A DNA stretch of 40,930 nucleotides from Patescibacteria group bacterium (GTDB lineage Bacteria > Patescibacteriota > Microgenomatia > Levybacterales > UBA12049): positions 1-40,930 of the forward strand of contig JAMCXO010000022.1 in the NCBI GenBank assembly GCA_023473545.1, written 5' to 3'. This document shows, piece by piece, positions 26,329 to 35,888 of this stretch (its first letter is position 1; every line of letters starts with the position of its first letter). Below the pieces are notes generated by a model. The model worked only from the letters and a program-made list of their open reading frames with translations, made no database searches and was not told where the DNA came from. Made by a program: the position numbers and the translations under genes.

Positions 26329-27597
26329 CTATCTCTCGGCTACCGCATTTAGCCAATCGCTCTCCAGCCTATCAAATTTATTGGTAAAAGACAATTTGCC
26401 ATATTCTCCCTGGTACTCTCCCATGTTTCCCGCTATGGAAATTTTATTAAAACCTGATTCTTTTAAGGCTTGGAGAAGGATACGATCTGTTATGTAATGA
26501 ATTTTTATTGTTGTTATACCTTTAAAGATCCAATTTTCTCCGTCACTATCAAATATTACCGTGTGGTGAAAAAGAATATTGCCTGCTTTCCTGTCAAAAA
26601 ACTCCATAAGCAAATGTTCTTTCTCATCGTTAGTCCTTGATTTTTGTATCTTAAAATTTAAGAGTCTATCTTTTTTAATCAAAAGCTTCTCAAGATTAAG
26701 AGTCTGAATAATAAATATTCCGTTTTTCTTATCTAGCAACTGATATATCTGTTTAAACAATGTTTTTAGCGATACAGGAATATAAGGCAGAGAATTACCC
26801 ATACATATTGCCGCATCAAATTTCCTACTGATTTTATCAGAAAAGTTAGTAAAATCGGTCAGCATAAAATCAACTCTCTTTTTATACTGGCTAGCTAGCT
26901 TATTCCTTTCTTTATTTGCGATATCAACCATAATCTCATTGTGATCTAATCCTAAAATCTTATAATTTGTCTTCTTAGCTAACTCTAACGTATATCTTCC
27001 GGTCCATACTCCAATATCCAATATTGACTGTGCATTATTAGTTTTTAGCAGATTTAAAAGCACAGGAAATTCATAATTTAGACGCTTTCCCCAGTTAACC
27101 ATCAAATTGTAATAACGCGCAACAAAACTGGCATAGCTTTGTGTCTCCAATTTAGGGAGCTCATTTTTTATAAGTTGCCTAAAGATATCTCCTTGCGAAA
27201 CAATGCCTAAAAGGTGACCTTTCGCATCAATAACAGGAAGCCTGCTAACACGATTTATAAGCATTTTTGATTGCGCCTCCATAAGAGAAACATTAGGAGA
27301 TACGCTAATTACCTGTTCGTTCATCAATTCTTTAATAGACATGTCAAAGATGTTTTTTAGGTTGTGCTCCATCGCTTCGAAGCTCTTGGCATGCACATAG
27401 TCTTCTATCAAATCCTGCATAGAAGGATAAAGTTTTATGAGAATATCTTGTTCCGTGACTATGCCAATCAGTTTTCCACCTTTAACAACAGGAACCCCTG
27501 ATATGCCCAAGTTAAAAATAATTCTGGCAACCTCCTTTATCTTTTGATCAGGAGAGACAGTTACTACTGTTTTCTGCATTATTTCCAGGAGTTTCAT
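26329..27597 (-). CDS. CBS-domain pair fused to a class I SAM-dependent methyltransferase
   Basis: ISGVPVV...GIVTEQDI and VSRLPVID...GIVSQGDI. MTase motifs ILDIGVWTG, ILGLD and FDAAICMGNSLPYI. Confidence 0.88.
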   Translation of the reverse strand: MKLLEIMQKTVVTVSPDQKIKEVARIIFNLGISGVPVVKGGKLIGIVTEQDILIKLYPSMQDLIEDYVHAKSFEAMEHNLKNIFDMSIKELMNEQVISVSPNVSLMEAQSKMLINRVSRLPVIDAKGHLLGIVSQGDIFRQLIKNELPKLETQSYASFVARYYNLMVNWGKRLNYEFPVLLNLLKTNNAQSILDIGVWTGRYTLELAKKTNYKILGLDHNEIMVDIANKERNKLASQYKKRVDFMLTDFTNFSDKISRKFDAAICMGNSLPYIPVSLKTLFKQIYQLLDKKNGIFIIQTLNLEKLLIKKDRLLNFKIQKSRTNDEKEHLLMEFFDRKAGNILFHHTVIFDSDGENWIFKGITTIKIHYITDRILLQALKESGFNKISIAGNMGEYQGEYGKLSFTNKFDRLESDWLNAVAER

Positions 27598-27606
27598 ATA
27601 GTTTTA

Positions 27607-28359
27607 TTATGCAGCTATTTTAAGATTCTCGCAAGGCGCAATCCTAGGATTTACCGTCTTTTTCCTTTTATAAAATTCAGGGGTCTCACGAAGATATATT
27701 GCGTCTCTATCGGTCTTTATTCCTCTTTTTTCAGCATACTCAGGCCAATGCGGAACGCTAGGCACAATCTGGAAACCTAATCCTCTAAAGAATTGATAAT
27801 TTCTGCTCCAAGATCCGGCACGCTCATCGCTCATTACCCAAGCTCGGACTTCCCTTGCGCCTTTACCGCCATAACCCCTATGTCGATAAAATGCATACTC
27901 TAAAGCAGTTGCAACCAATGTGGTCCCTACACCACATCTTTGGCTTTCAGGCCTAACAATCAACCGTTCTAAAGATGCTATGCCCGATGCTAAGTCCACA
28001 GATGGGTCGCCTCGCCATCGTAATGTCTCTACTCCTAATAATTCCCCCAAAGGATTAACTGCCGCCAAAGGTGTTATTTTTTTTGGCTCACCAGAGTTTG
28101 TGTAATAATTCCACAGCTCAACGCAACAAGCCGACACCTCATTCGTATCTGCCCAATTCTTCGGTAAGCTAGGTACAGGATCTAGATGTTTTCTTATTTC
28201 TGGATCAGCTGCAATCCATTTCAAAATATGCTGCATATCACCAAGTTCTATGCTTCTAACTTCTGCAACCCTAGACCTTTCCTGTCTTTCCTGTTCTGTT
28301 GGCCTTCGAGGAAAAATAGCCTTAAATGAACCCCTAAACTCCTCAATAAACCTGCTCAT
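27607..28359 (-). CDS. GNAT family N-acetyltransferase
   Basis: LIVRPESQRCGVGTTL (motif A) and FFRGLGF (motif B). Confidence 0.85.
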   Translation of the reverse strand: MSRFIEEFRGSFKAIFPRRPTEQERQERSRVAEVRSIELGDMQHILKWIAADPEIRKHLDPVPSLPKNWADTNEVSACCVELWNYYTNSGEPKKITPLAAVNPLGELLGVETLRWRGDPSVDLASGIASLERLIVRPESQRCGVGTTLVATALEYAFYRHRGYGGKGAREVRAWVMSDERAGSWSRNYQFFRGLGFQIVPSVPHWPEYAEKRGIKTDRDAIYLRETPEFYKRKKTVNPRIAPCENLKIAA

Positions 28360-28419
28360 AAGAAATTACGTAGATAAAGTTAAGGCATTATATTATAATG
28401 GTATAGGCTTGTCAAAAAT

Positions 28420-28833
28420 ATGAATAAACCCTTAATGCTCATCTTTGGTGCTACCTTTCTTTGGGGACTTTGGGCATTCTTTGCCAAAATCGCATCAGAT
28501 AAAATCGGTGTGCAAGCCAGTTTATGGGATTCCATTACCTTAATCTTCGCGATTATTATTTATTTAGGCTTAACCAAGGAGCTTTCTAATCTAAAGGCTG
28601 ACAAATTCGGCATTACAATGGCTCTTCTGGCAGGACTGTGTGCGGGAGTAGCCTCTGTTTTCTTTTTTATTGTTATACAAAAAAAACCCGCTGGAATAGT
28701 TATTACATTAAGTTCCTTGTATCCAATTATCACTATACTGCTCTCGCTAGTCTTTCTTAAAGAAAACCTAACTTTAAATAAAATATTGGGTTTTATCTTT
28801 GCGTTTATTGCTATCTTTCTTTTGAATCTTTAA
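28420..28833 (+). CDS. EamA/DMT family small transporter (single repeat)
   Basis: 137 aa with about 5 TMs. WGLWAFFAK and SLYPIITILLSLVFLKENLT...ILG. Confidence 0.88.
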   Translation: MNKPLMLIFGATFLWGLWAFFAKIASDKIGVQASLWDSITLIFAIIIYLGLTKELSNLKADKFGITMALLAGLCAGVASVFFFIVIQKKPAGIVITLSSLYPIITILLSLVFLKENLTLNKILGFIFAFIAIFLLNL

Positions 28834-29413
28834 TCCCCAGCTCCTCAAGCACTATCTTTAATGTTTCATCTTGGTTGTGGGAATAGGTATTTATGACCAA
28901 ATCGTAATATTTTTTGTCCCAGTAAACCCATTCTTGATTTCCGTTTGCGTATATTCTCCTCCACTTGTCCAAATCATTTTTTTCTCTCTCAAAAACCTCC
29001 TCCTTTGCCTGTTCAACCGATATGCGCTCCCTGTTAACAAGCCTGTCTATGCGTATCTGTGTCTGATCATTTCCCTGGGGATCATCACAGACAACGCCTA
29101 TTTTAAACACGCCGTCTATGCCCTGGGCATTAAAACCCGCCAGTTTTGTTTCAAGAATAATATTCTTCCCATTTTCAAGTATTCTTTTAAGCGAAGCGTC
29201 AAAATCCTCATCGTTCTTGTCGGGACGAAGATTTGTGTCTTTCTCCGAAAGCCCAAGCTTGGCACGCAAAGCCTCCCAAAAAACCTCTCCCCCTTCAATA
29301 TGACGCCAGCCCAGGTGAAGAGCTAACTTATGGGCAAGGGTCGTAGATCCTGAGGCAATCCTGCCTGATACGGTTATAATTTTAATTCCAGGAAGATCAA
29401 TTGGACTATCCAT
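28811..29413 (-). CDS. cmk: Cytidylate kinase-like (archaeal-type) P-loop kinase
   Basis: ITVSGRIASGSTT, ILETKLAG, RIDRLVNRE, REKND and YDLVINT. Confidence 0.75.
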   Translation of the reverse strand: MDSPIDLPGIKIITVSGRIASGSTTLAHKLALHLGWRHIEGGEVFWEALRAKLGLSEKDTNLRPDKNDEDFDASLKRILENGKNIILETKLAGFNAQGIDGVFKIGVVCDDPQGNDQTQIRIDRLVNRERISVEQAKEEVFEREKNDLDKWRRIYANGNQEWVYWDKKYYDLVINTYSHNQDETLKIVLEELGIKDSKER

Positions 29414-29477
29414 AAATGCTAGATGCTACTGATTCTCTTTATTTAACAATTTTACAATCAAAACACACAATAATCCT

Positions 29478-30557
29478 TCACTTTCCTACCATTATAACCT
29501 CTTCCACCAGCCGGTTGGCATATCCCCACTCGTTATCATACCAGGCGACAATCTTAGCCAAATTACCGCCAACCACTTTTGTTAAAGAGAGATCCGCGAT
29601 TGAGGAATGGGAATTGCCTACTATATCGGATGAAACAAGCGGGTCCTCCGTTACCGCGAATATGCCTTTGTAAACAGGATTTTCCGCTTCTTTTTTTAAA
29701 ACTCCATTGACCTCATCGGCAGTGGTCTCTTTTTTCAAAAGAAAGGTAAAATCCGACAATGAGCCAACTGCCACGGGAACCCTAATTGATAATCCGGCAA
29801 AGATGCCTGCTAATTCCGGCACCGCTTCGGACGCGGCAATGGTTGCGCCGGTTGATGTGGGAATAATATTTTGAGCAGCCGATCTTGCCCTTCTGTAATC
29901 TTTGTGCCCCCCATCCTGGAGTCTCTGATCCGAAGTGTATCCGTGAATAGTGGTCATCATCGCCTTTTCAACGCCAAAATGATCAACCATGATTTTGGCA
30001 ACAGGGGCTATGCAATTGGTTGTGCAGGAGGCATTGTTTATCAGGGCCTCGCCCTGATATTTTTCATCGTTGACCGACAGAACATAGGTTGTTACGTTGC
30101 CGCCTTTAACCGGTGCGGACAAAACAACCTTTTTGGCCCCGGCTTCAAGATGAAGCTTTAACTTATCCTCTGTTCTGAAATGCCCGGTTGATTCAATAAC
30201 CACGTCCACCCCCAAATCCTGCCAGGGCAGAAGACTCGGATCCTTCTGGGAAAAAACAGGAATCTCTTTTTCATCAATAATTAAACTCCCAATATAATCG
30301 TCTCTATTTTGAACATTTGGAATTTGTCCGCCTGAATTTGATTTGAGATTTGAAATTTGAGATTTGAAATTTAAGGCATGATTCTGAAGCATGCCATATG
30401 AAGAATCATATTCAAGAAGATACATCCAGCCTTTAATATCGGTTGAGGAACCGGCGTTGATGGCAACCACCTCTATTTCGGATAGATGTTTTTCCAGAAT
30501 CACCCGATGCGCTACCCTTCCGATTCTTCCGTAACCATTAATCGCCGCCCTTATCAT
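29478..30557 (-). CDS. gap: Type I glyceraldehyde-3-phosphate dehydrogenase
   Basis: INGYGRIGR, NASCTTNC, IIPTSTGA and WYDNEWGY. Confidence 0.98.
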   Translation of the reverse strand: MIRAAINGYGRIGRVAHRVILEKHLSEIEVVAINAGSSTDIKGWMYLLEYDSSYGMLQNHALNFKSQISNLKSNSGGQIPNVQNRDDYIGSLIIDEKEIPVFSQKDPSLLPWQDLGVDVVIESTGHFRTEDKLKLHLEAGAKKVVLSAPVKGGNVTTYVLSVNDEKYQGEALINNASCTTNCIAPVAKIMVDHFGVEKAMMTTIHGYTSDQRLQDGGHKDYRRARSAAQNIIPTSTGATIAASEAVPELAGIFAGLSIRVPVAVGSLSDFTFLLKKETTADEVNGVLKKEAENPVYKGIFAVTEDPLVSSDIVGNSHSSIADLSLTKVVGGNLAKIVAWYDNEWGYANRLVEEVIMVGK

Positions 30558-30621
30558 AGTTTTAGTATAAAAGTTTAACCGGATTTTAGCAAGAGAGAAT
30601 CCACCCGCAGAAAAACAGTTT

Positions 30622-31782
30622 TTATTTTACAAGGGCCGCAAGTCCCGGCAGTTTTTCGCCCGATAGAAATGAAAGCATTGCGCCCCCTCCGGTTGAGACA
30701 AAATTAAATTTATCAATCAAGCCGATTTTTCTCAAAAACTCTGTTGTGTCCCCGCCGCCGACTACTGAATAAGCACTGCCCTTGATAACCGCCTCGGCGA
30801 TTCTCCGCGAGGCATGATTCAAATCGTCTTCATCCAACTTTTGACTTTTGACTTTTGACTTTTGACTTATCTTTCCCATTGTTCCATTCCAAACAACTGT
30901 TTTCGCCCGATCAATAACCTCGATAAAATTTACAATGCTGTTTTCCAAAATCCCTGTCCCCTCGGGGTTTAAATCGGCAACCAAAAGAAGGGCATTTGCT
31001 TTACTCTTTTGATGCTCGAGCCGGATAAAGGTCTTCGACTCCTCGGCTATTTTCCCTCCAACCAAAACATAATCCGCCAGGCCGTACATTTTTATAACCA
31101 AAGGAAGTTTGGTTTCTATCTTTTTCCCGCCGATAACAACAGCCAGCGGTCTTTGGGGATTTTTAATAACCGAGTCTAAACGCGAAACCTCCTCTTCCAA
31201 ATGAAAACCGGCAAAACAGGGCAGAAGTTTCGGCACACCGACTATCGAAGCATGAACCCTATGACAAACCGAAAACGCGTCGTTCACATAAATATCCGCC
31301 AGGCCTGCCAGTTTTTTGGCAAAATCAGGGTCATTCTCTTCCTCTCCTCTATAAAATCTTAGATTCTCAAGCAAAAATAGCCGAGTACCAATCTCCCAGC
31401 CAGCAAACTCTCCCAATTTCTTAAATCTTAAATCATAAACCTTAAATCTATCCGCCAACCACTTTGCCACCGGCTCCAAACTAAACTGTTTATTTTCTCT
31501 GGACATTTGAAATTTGATATTCTTGTCCTGAGCTTGTCGAATGGATGATATTTGATATTCCGGGCGCGGTCGTCCGAGATGCCCTCCGATAATAACCTTT
31601 GTCTTATTCCCAAGAAGAAAGTTTAAAGTTTCCAGTCCCGCTTTAAGCCTCGCATCGTCCTCTATTTTGTACTTTTGACTTTTTACTTTTGACTTTTGAC
31701 TTATCATTGGTACATCCAGATCCAACCTTAAAAAAACCGTCTTTCCTTTAACATCGGCTCTTTTAGCAACAGGCAAATTCAT
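30622..31782 (-). CDS. pgk: Phosphoglycerate kinase
   Basis: HLGRP, LLENLRF, YVNDAF...HR.HAS, WNG.MG, VGGGDT and STGGGA...LPG. Confidence 0.96.
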   Translation of the reverse strand: MNLPVAKRADVKGKTVFLRLDLDVPMISQKSKVKSQKYKIEDDARLKAGLETLNFLLGNKTKVIIGGHLGRPRPEYQISSIRQAQDKNIKFQMSRENKQFSLEPVAKWLADRFKVYDLRFKKLGEFAGWEIGTRLFLLENLRFYRGEEENDPDFAKKLAGLADIYVNDAFSVCHRVHASIVGVPKLLPCFAGFHLEEEVSRLDSVIKNPQRPLAVVIGGKKIETKLPLVIKMYGLADYVLVGGKIAEESKTFIRLEHQKSKANALLLVADLNPEGTGILENSIVNFIEVIDRAKTVVWNGTMGKISQKSKVKSQKLDEDDLNHASRRIAEAVIKGSAYSVVGGGDTTEFLRKIGLIDKFNFVSTGGGAMLSFLSGEKLPGLAALVK

Positions 31783-31783
31783 A

Positions 31784-32185
31784 TTAGTTTCTTAACTTTT
31801 CAGGGTCAAATAAACGAAGACCGGGAATTTTAGCAAAATCTTTTTTATTGTTGGTCGCTAACTTAGCATTAAGATAGATTGCGGTTGAGGCGATAATCAA
31901 ATCCGCCAGACTTGCCCCTGATGTATACATCTTTCGTCGTAAAATCATACCTAAAATATAGGCAATCTCTTCATTTAAGTCTTGTGTTTGAAACCATGAT
32001 AGATACTTTTTTGACTCCTTTTCACCCAGCTCTGTTTCCGCTTTCTTATCGTTGAGATACTCTGCAATAACAATCGTTGGCACCACTAATCTTACATCCT
32101 CTAATTGAAGAAAAAGCTTAACCCACGGAGCAAAACCATATATATTATCAATAAGAATATCCGTATCTAAAACAATTATCTTCAC
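31784..32185 (-). CDS. VapC-like PIN-domain toxin
   Basis: LDTDIL, VIAE, ADLIIASTA and TNNKKDF. Confidence 0.92.
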   Translation of the reverse strand: MKIIVLDTDILIDNIYGFAPWVKLFLQLEDVRLVVPTIVIAEYLNDKKAETELGEKESKKYLSWFQTQDLNEEIAYILGMILRRKMYTSGASLADLIIASTAIYLNAKLATNNKKDFAKIPGLRLFDPEKLRN

Positions 32186-32478
32186 GTAATTATACCTTTG
32201 GAGAGATTTTCAAGATATTTACGTTCTTTTTTCTTCCAGGCGGGAGCATCAAGCACCGACCAATATTTTCTCTTCTTGTATTTGCCAAAAACTCTCCGTA
32301 ACTTAGCCAGCGTCTCCTCTATTTCTTCTGCTGTTGGCCTTTTTCGCGCTTCCGGAATAATTCTCACGCTTCCCGCATGTTCTTTTTCCACAATAAACTC
32401 CTCGCCTTTAAAAATAACAGCGTTGAGAATCTCAAAAAAATTATTCCTTGCCTTGGTTGCGGAGATGATATTTTTCAT
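32182..32478 (-). CDS. Phd/YefM family antitoxin
   Basis: ISATKARNNFFEILNAV...EEFIVEK. 4-nt overlap with the PIN gene. Confidence 0.9.
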   Translation of the reverse strand: MKNIISATKARNNFFEILNAVIFKGEEFIVEKEHAGSVRIIPEARKRPTAEEIEETLAKLRRVFGKYKKRKYWSVLDAPAWKKKERKYLENLSKGIIT

Positions 32479-32487
32479 AACAGATTA

Positions 32488-32516
32488 AGTGTACATAATG
32501 TACATCGCATTGTCAA
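32488..32516 (-). promoter_or_regulatory. TA promoter with a double TGTACA operator
   Basis: Minus-strand TTGACA(32516-32511)-N17-TACACT(32493-32488). Palindromes TGTACA at 32490-32495 and 32499-32504. Confidence 0.75.
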
Positions 32517-33557
32517 TCAGTTGGTAAACTCCTGGCAAAACATTTCTCCATATATTCCCCCGTCAATTACCCCGATTCCTACCCTGCCAAAATTGACAGA
32601 GAGAATGTTTGCCCTGTGCCCGGGACTCTTCATCAAACCCTGCATGGCCAACTCCACGTTTGGCGCAAAGGCAAGGTTTTCCCCCGCGTAGGTAAAGGAA
32701 ATATCCGCCTCGCCCATTCTGTCAAACGGACTTAGCCCCTCCGGTGTGTAATGAGAAAAATAGCCCCTTTTAAACATGTCCTCGCAATGGGCCCTGGCAA
32801 CAGCCTGAAGCCTGGCATCAAGGCTTAACGGCTGAATATTTCTTGATGTTCTTTGGGCATTAACCATGCTAAACATTTTCCGCTCCGAAGCATAATCAAT
32901 ATGAAAATTAGAGGTTTTAAACGAAAGCTTTATCAGTTCGTTGCTTTTTGGTTCAACTGTTAAAAAATTCAGCGTCTCATCCAAACCCTTGCCAAAAACG
33001 TTTCTTAAATCCTGTTCAACGCCCTGCGTATTAATCAAAAGACTGCTGCCTATTTTTGATTTATAGATTGTCTGCTTTAGAAACGGAGAAAACGGAAGCG
33101 CGACTATTAAGGTTAAGAGAAAAGAGACAAGAACAGCCGAGGAAATCAACGCAGGCACTATGCCTAAAAAATGATTTACGCGGACAAAAAATAAACCCGG
33201 CCTGCTAAGGGATAGGTTTTGAACTTTTGAAGCGTAGAATGGTCTGGCCACTTTTACGAATAAGCTATTAATAATCATTTCTGCCAGAATAGCCGCAATA
33301 AAAAATCCAAGCGCGTTGGCAAAACCCGAAGGCATCAGGACAAGAGAGGAGAGAAGCTTGCCGAAAAAAGAATAAAACTTAAGTCCGACCAAAAACGAAG
33401 TAACAAAACCTATCAGGTCAATCAAGGATAAGACAAATCCCCGTTCAAAGCCTTCAAAGGCATAGAACAGAAATACAATGATAATAATAAAGTCAAGCCA
33501 ATTAAAAACGGTATATATCCTATGTATTGAATCAAGAAACGGCAAAAGAATATGCAT
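32517..33557 (-). CDS. CvpA family membrane domain fused to CAP/SCP (YkwD-like) domain
   Basis: NWLDFIII...GFERGF at the N-terminus. VNAQR, AHCEDM...YFSH, GENLA and SPGHRANIL at the C-terminus. Start put at ATG 33557, 7 nt after TGCTATAAT. Confidence 0.88.
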   Translation of the reverse strand: MHILLPFLDSIHRIYTVFNWLDFIIIIVFLFYAFEGFERGFVLSLIDLIGFVTSFLVGLKFYSFFGKLLSSLVLMPSGFANALGFFIAAILAEMIINSLFVKVARPFYASKVQNLSLSRPGLFFVRVNHFLGIVPALISSAVLVSFLLTLIVALPFSPFLKQTIYKSKIGSSLLINTQGVEQDLRNVFGKGLDETLNFLTVEPKSNELIKLSFKTSNFHIDYASERKMFSMVNAQRTSRNIQPLSLDARLQAVARAHCEDMFKRGYFSHYTPEGLSPFDRMGEADISFTYAGENLAFAPNVELAMQGLMKSPGHRANILSVNFGRVGIGVIDGGIYGEMFCQEFTN

Positions 33558-33652
33558 GTTAATCATTATAGCATTACTTAATCGCTCTTTCGCGGAAATA
33601 GTTATATTTAACCTTTGTTGTAACAAAATCCGTCAAATGCTATGATAGGTGG

Positions 33653-35815
33653 ATGAAAAAGATCCTCAAGGGACATCAACGGGTCTTCGGATTAATAGCA
33701 AGATATTGGCCAGTTCTAAGCATTCTGGTTGTTTTAATAGGGCTTTTTTATTACTATATCCTTTCGGATCTTCCCTCCCCAACCAAACTGGCAAGTCAAA
33801 ATATTTCTCAGTCAACTGAAATTTTTGATCGAAACGGAAAGCTTCTTTACACCATTTACGCTCAAAAAAACCAAACCTTTATTCCTTTATCCGAAATTCC
33901 CAAAAGCCTCCAGGAAGCAACCATTGCCATCGAAGACAAAGACTTTTACCACCATGGGGCAATAGATCTCAAAGGCATATTAAGAGCAGCCTTTGCCATA
34001 ATCTTCCATCATCAGATACAGGGAGGATCAACCCTTACCCAGCAATTAGTCAAAAACTCGCTGCTTAATCCCCAGCAGACCATCGTGAGAAAATTAAGAG
34101 AAATAATTCTCTCATTTGTAACCGAGGCCCTTTATTCTAAAAATAAAATTCTTGAGATGTATCTTAACCAGATCCCCTATGGCGGGACAGCCTGGGGAAT
34201 AGAAGCGGCGTCAGAGACTTATTTCGGCGAACACGCCAAGAATTTAGATTTGGCACAGTCCGCCCTGCTGGCAGGACTGCCGGAGGCGCCAAGTGCATTT
34301 TCTCCTTTTGGCTCTCATCCTGAACTGGCGAAGGCAAGACAGGAAGAGGTGCTTAAAAAAATGTATGAACAGCATTATATCAGCAAAAACCAGATGCAAA
34401 AAGCGGAGGAAGAAAAACTTAACTATAAATCCTTGGGGAATAACATTAAGGCTCCCCATTTTGTTCTTTACGTAAAAGATCTTTTGGTAAAAAAGTACGG
34501 GGAAAGAATGGTTGAGGAGGGAGGGTTAAAAGTAACAACCTCTCTTGATTTATCTATTCAGGACTTTGCCCAAAAAGAGGTAGCAAACCAAATTGCCCAT
34601 CTCAAAGGATATCATGTTACAAACGGAGCCGCCCTGGTAACCGATCCCGCAACAGGCGAAATCCTGGCCATGGTCGGTTCAAGGAATTATTTTGATAGAA
34701 AAATAGACGGCAATGTCAACGTAACCCTTGCCCGCAGACAGCCTGGTTCGTCAATTAAGCCCATCAACTACGCCGTGGGGCTTTTGAACGGATATACCGC
34801 GGCAACCCCGTTCGTGGATGAACCCATCTGTTTTCCAAATCCCGGACGCGCGTCTTACTGCCCCGGCAACTACGATCATAAATGGCATGGGGTTGTTCAA
34901 ATGCGTTTTGCCCTTGCCAACTCTATTAATATTCCGGCTGTAAAAATGCTTAAACTAAATGGGGTTAAGGCAATGATTGCCACCGCATCTGCCATGGGAA
35001 TAACCACGTTCACCAATCCTAACCGATACGGCCTCTCGCTTACCCTGGGAGGCGCGGAAGTAACCATGCTCGATATGGCCACGGCCTATGGTGTTTTTGC
35101 CAACGAAGGCTACAGGGTTAATTTGCATCCTGTCTTAAAAGTTATGGATTCAAAAGGAAACATCCTTCAGCAGTATAATCCGCCCCAAAGTCCGATTTTC
35201 GGCAAAAAGATTTTAACATCCGGGGTTGCCTATATCATCTCAAACATTTTAGCCGATAATAACGCCAGATCCATGGAATTCGGCACCAATTCTCCGCTTT
35301 TCATACCGGGGCACACCGTTTCGGTCAAAACCGGCACCACCAATGATTTTCGCGATAATTGGACAATCGGCTATACTCCAAAATACGTAGTTGCGGTTTG
35401 GGTGGGCAATGACGACGATTCGCCAATGCAGGGACTGGTCTCCGGTATAACAGGGGCAGCGCCTATCTGGCACGGCATTATGGCGCATCTGTTAGACGAC
35501 AGGCCATCGGAAAGCTTAGCCCGCCCGGGAGACATCGTACAGAAAAAAATCTGCGCTACATCCGGACTTCTGCCCCCGCCGCCCGGTACACCAAACCGCT
35601 GTCCGACAAGATTTGAATATTTTATAAAAGGAACGGAGCCAAAAACCATTGATCCCGGAGCGCAAAAGGTTTGGATTGATAAAACAACCAATGACCTGGC
35701 AAAACCGGGACAAACAAATAATCTTGAACTGAAAGATGAAATCGTTGTCCAGGATCCTACCGGAGACAGGTTTTGCCTTACCTGCCCCCACCCCACGCCT
35801 ACCCCGCAACCCTAA
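33653..35815 (+). CDS. Class A penicillin-binding protein (PBP1A family), copy 1
   Basis: TM, GT motifs IEDKDF and GGSTLTQQL, TP motifs QPGSSIK, NSIN and KTGT. Confidence 0.96.
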   Translation: MKKILKGHQRVFGLIARYWPVLSILVVLIGLFYYYILSDLPSPTKLASQNISQSTEIFDRNGKLLYTIYAQKNQTFIPLSEIPKSLQEATIAIEDKDFYHHGAIDLKGILRAAFAIIFHHQIQGGSTLTQQLVKNSLLNPQQTIVRKLREIILSFVTEALYSKNKILEMYLNQIPYGGTAWGIEAASETYFGEHAKNLDLAQSALLAGLPEAPSAFSPFGSHPELAKARQEEVLKKMYEQHYISKNQMQKAEEEKLNYKSLGNNIKAPHFVLYVKDLLVKKYGERMVEEGGLKVTTSLDLSIQDFAQKEVANQIAHLKGYHVTNGAALVTDPATGEILAMVGSRNYFDRKIDGNVNVTLARRQPGSSIKPINYAVGLLNGYTAATPFVDEPICFPNPGRASYCPGNYDHKWHGVVQMRFALANSINIPAVKMLKLNGVKAMIATASAMGITTFTNPNRYGLSLTLGGAEVTMLDMATAYGVFANEGYRVNLHPVLKVMDSKGNILQQYNPPQSPIFGKKILTSGVAYIISNILADNNARSMEFGTNSPLFIPGHTVSVKTGTTNDFRDNWTIGYTPKYVVAVWVGNDDDSPMQGLVSGITGAAPIWHGIMAHLLDDRPSESLARPGDIVQKKICATSGLLPPPPGTPNRCPTRFEYFIKGTEPKTIDPGAQKVWIDKTTNDLAKPGQTNNLELKDEIVVQDPTGDRFCLTCPHPTPTPQP

Positions 35816-35888
35816 AATCAACCTTTCTATTTAATCTTGCCTATAGTATAATAGGCTTATTCCCTGCCTCTTTTTAGATCTTAAAGCT

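Noticed and set aside
28871-29326. 151-aa plus-strand ORF
   Set aside because: Antisense to the cmk-like gene.
28811-29413. Walker A lacking Lys (GSTT) as a sign of a dead kinase
   Set aside because: Archaeal-type cytidylate kinases often have Ser/Thr at this position, so it is not distinctive.
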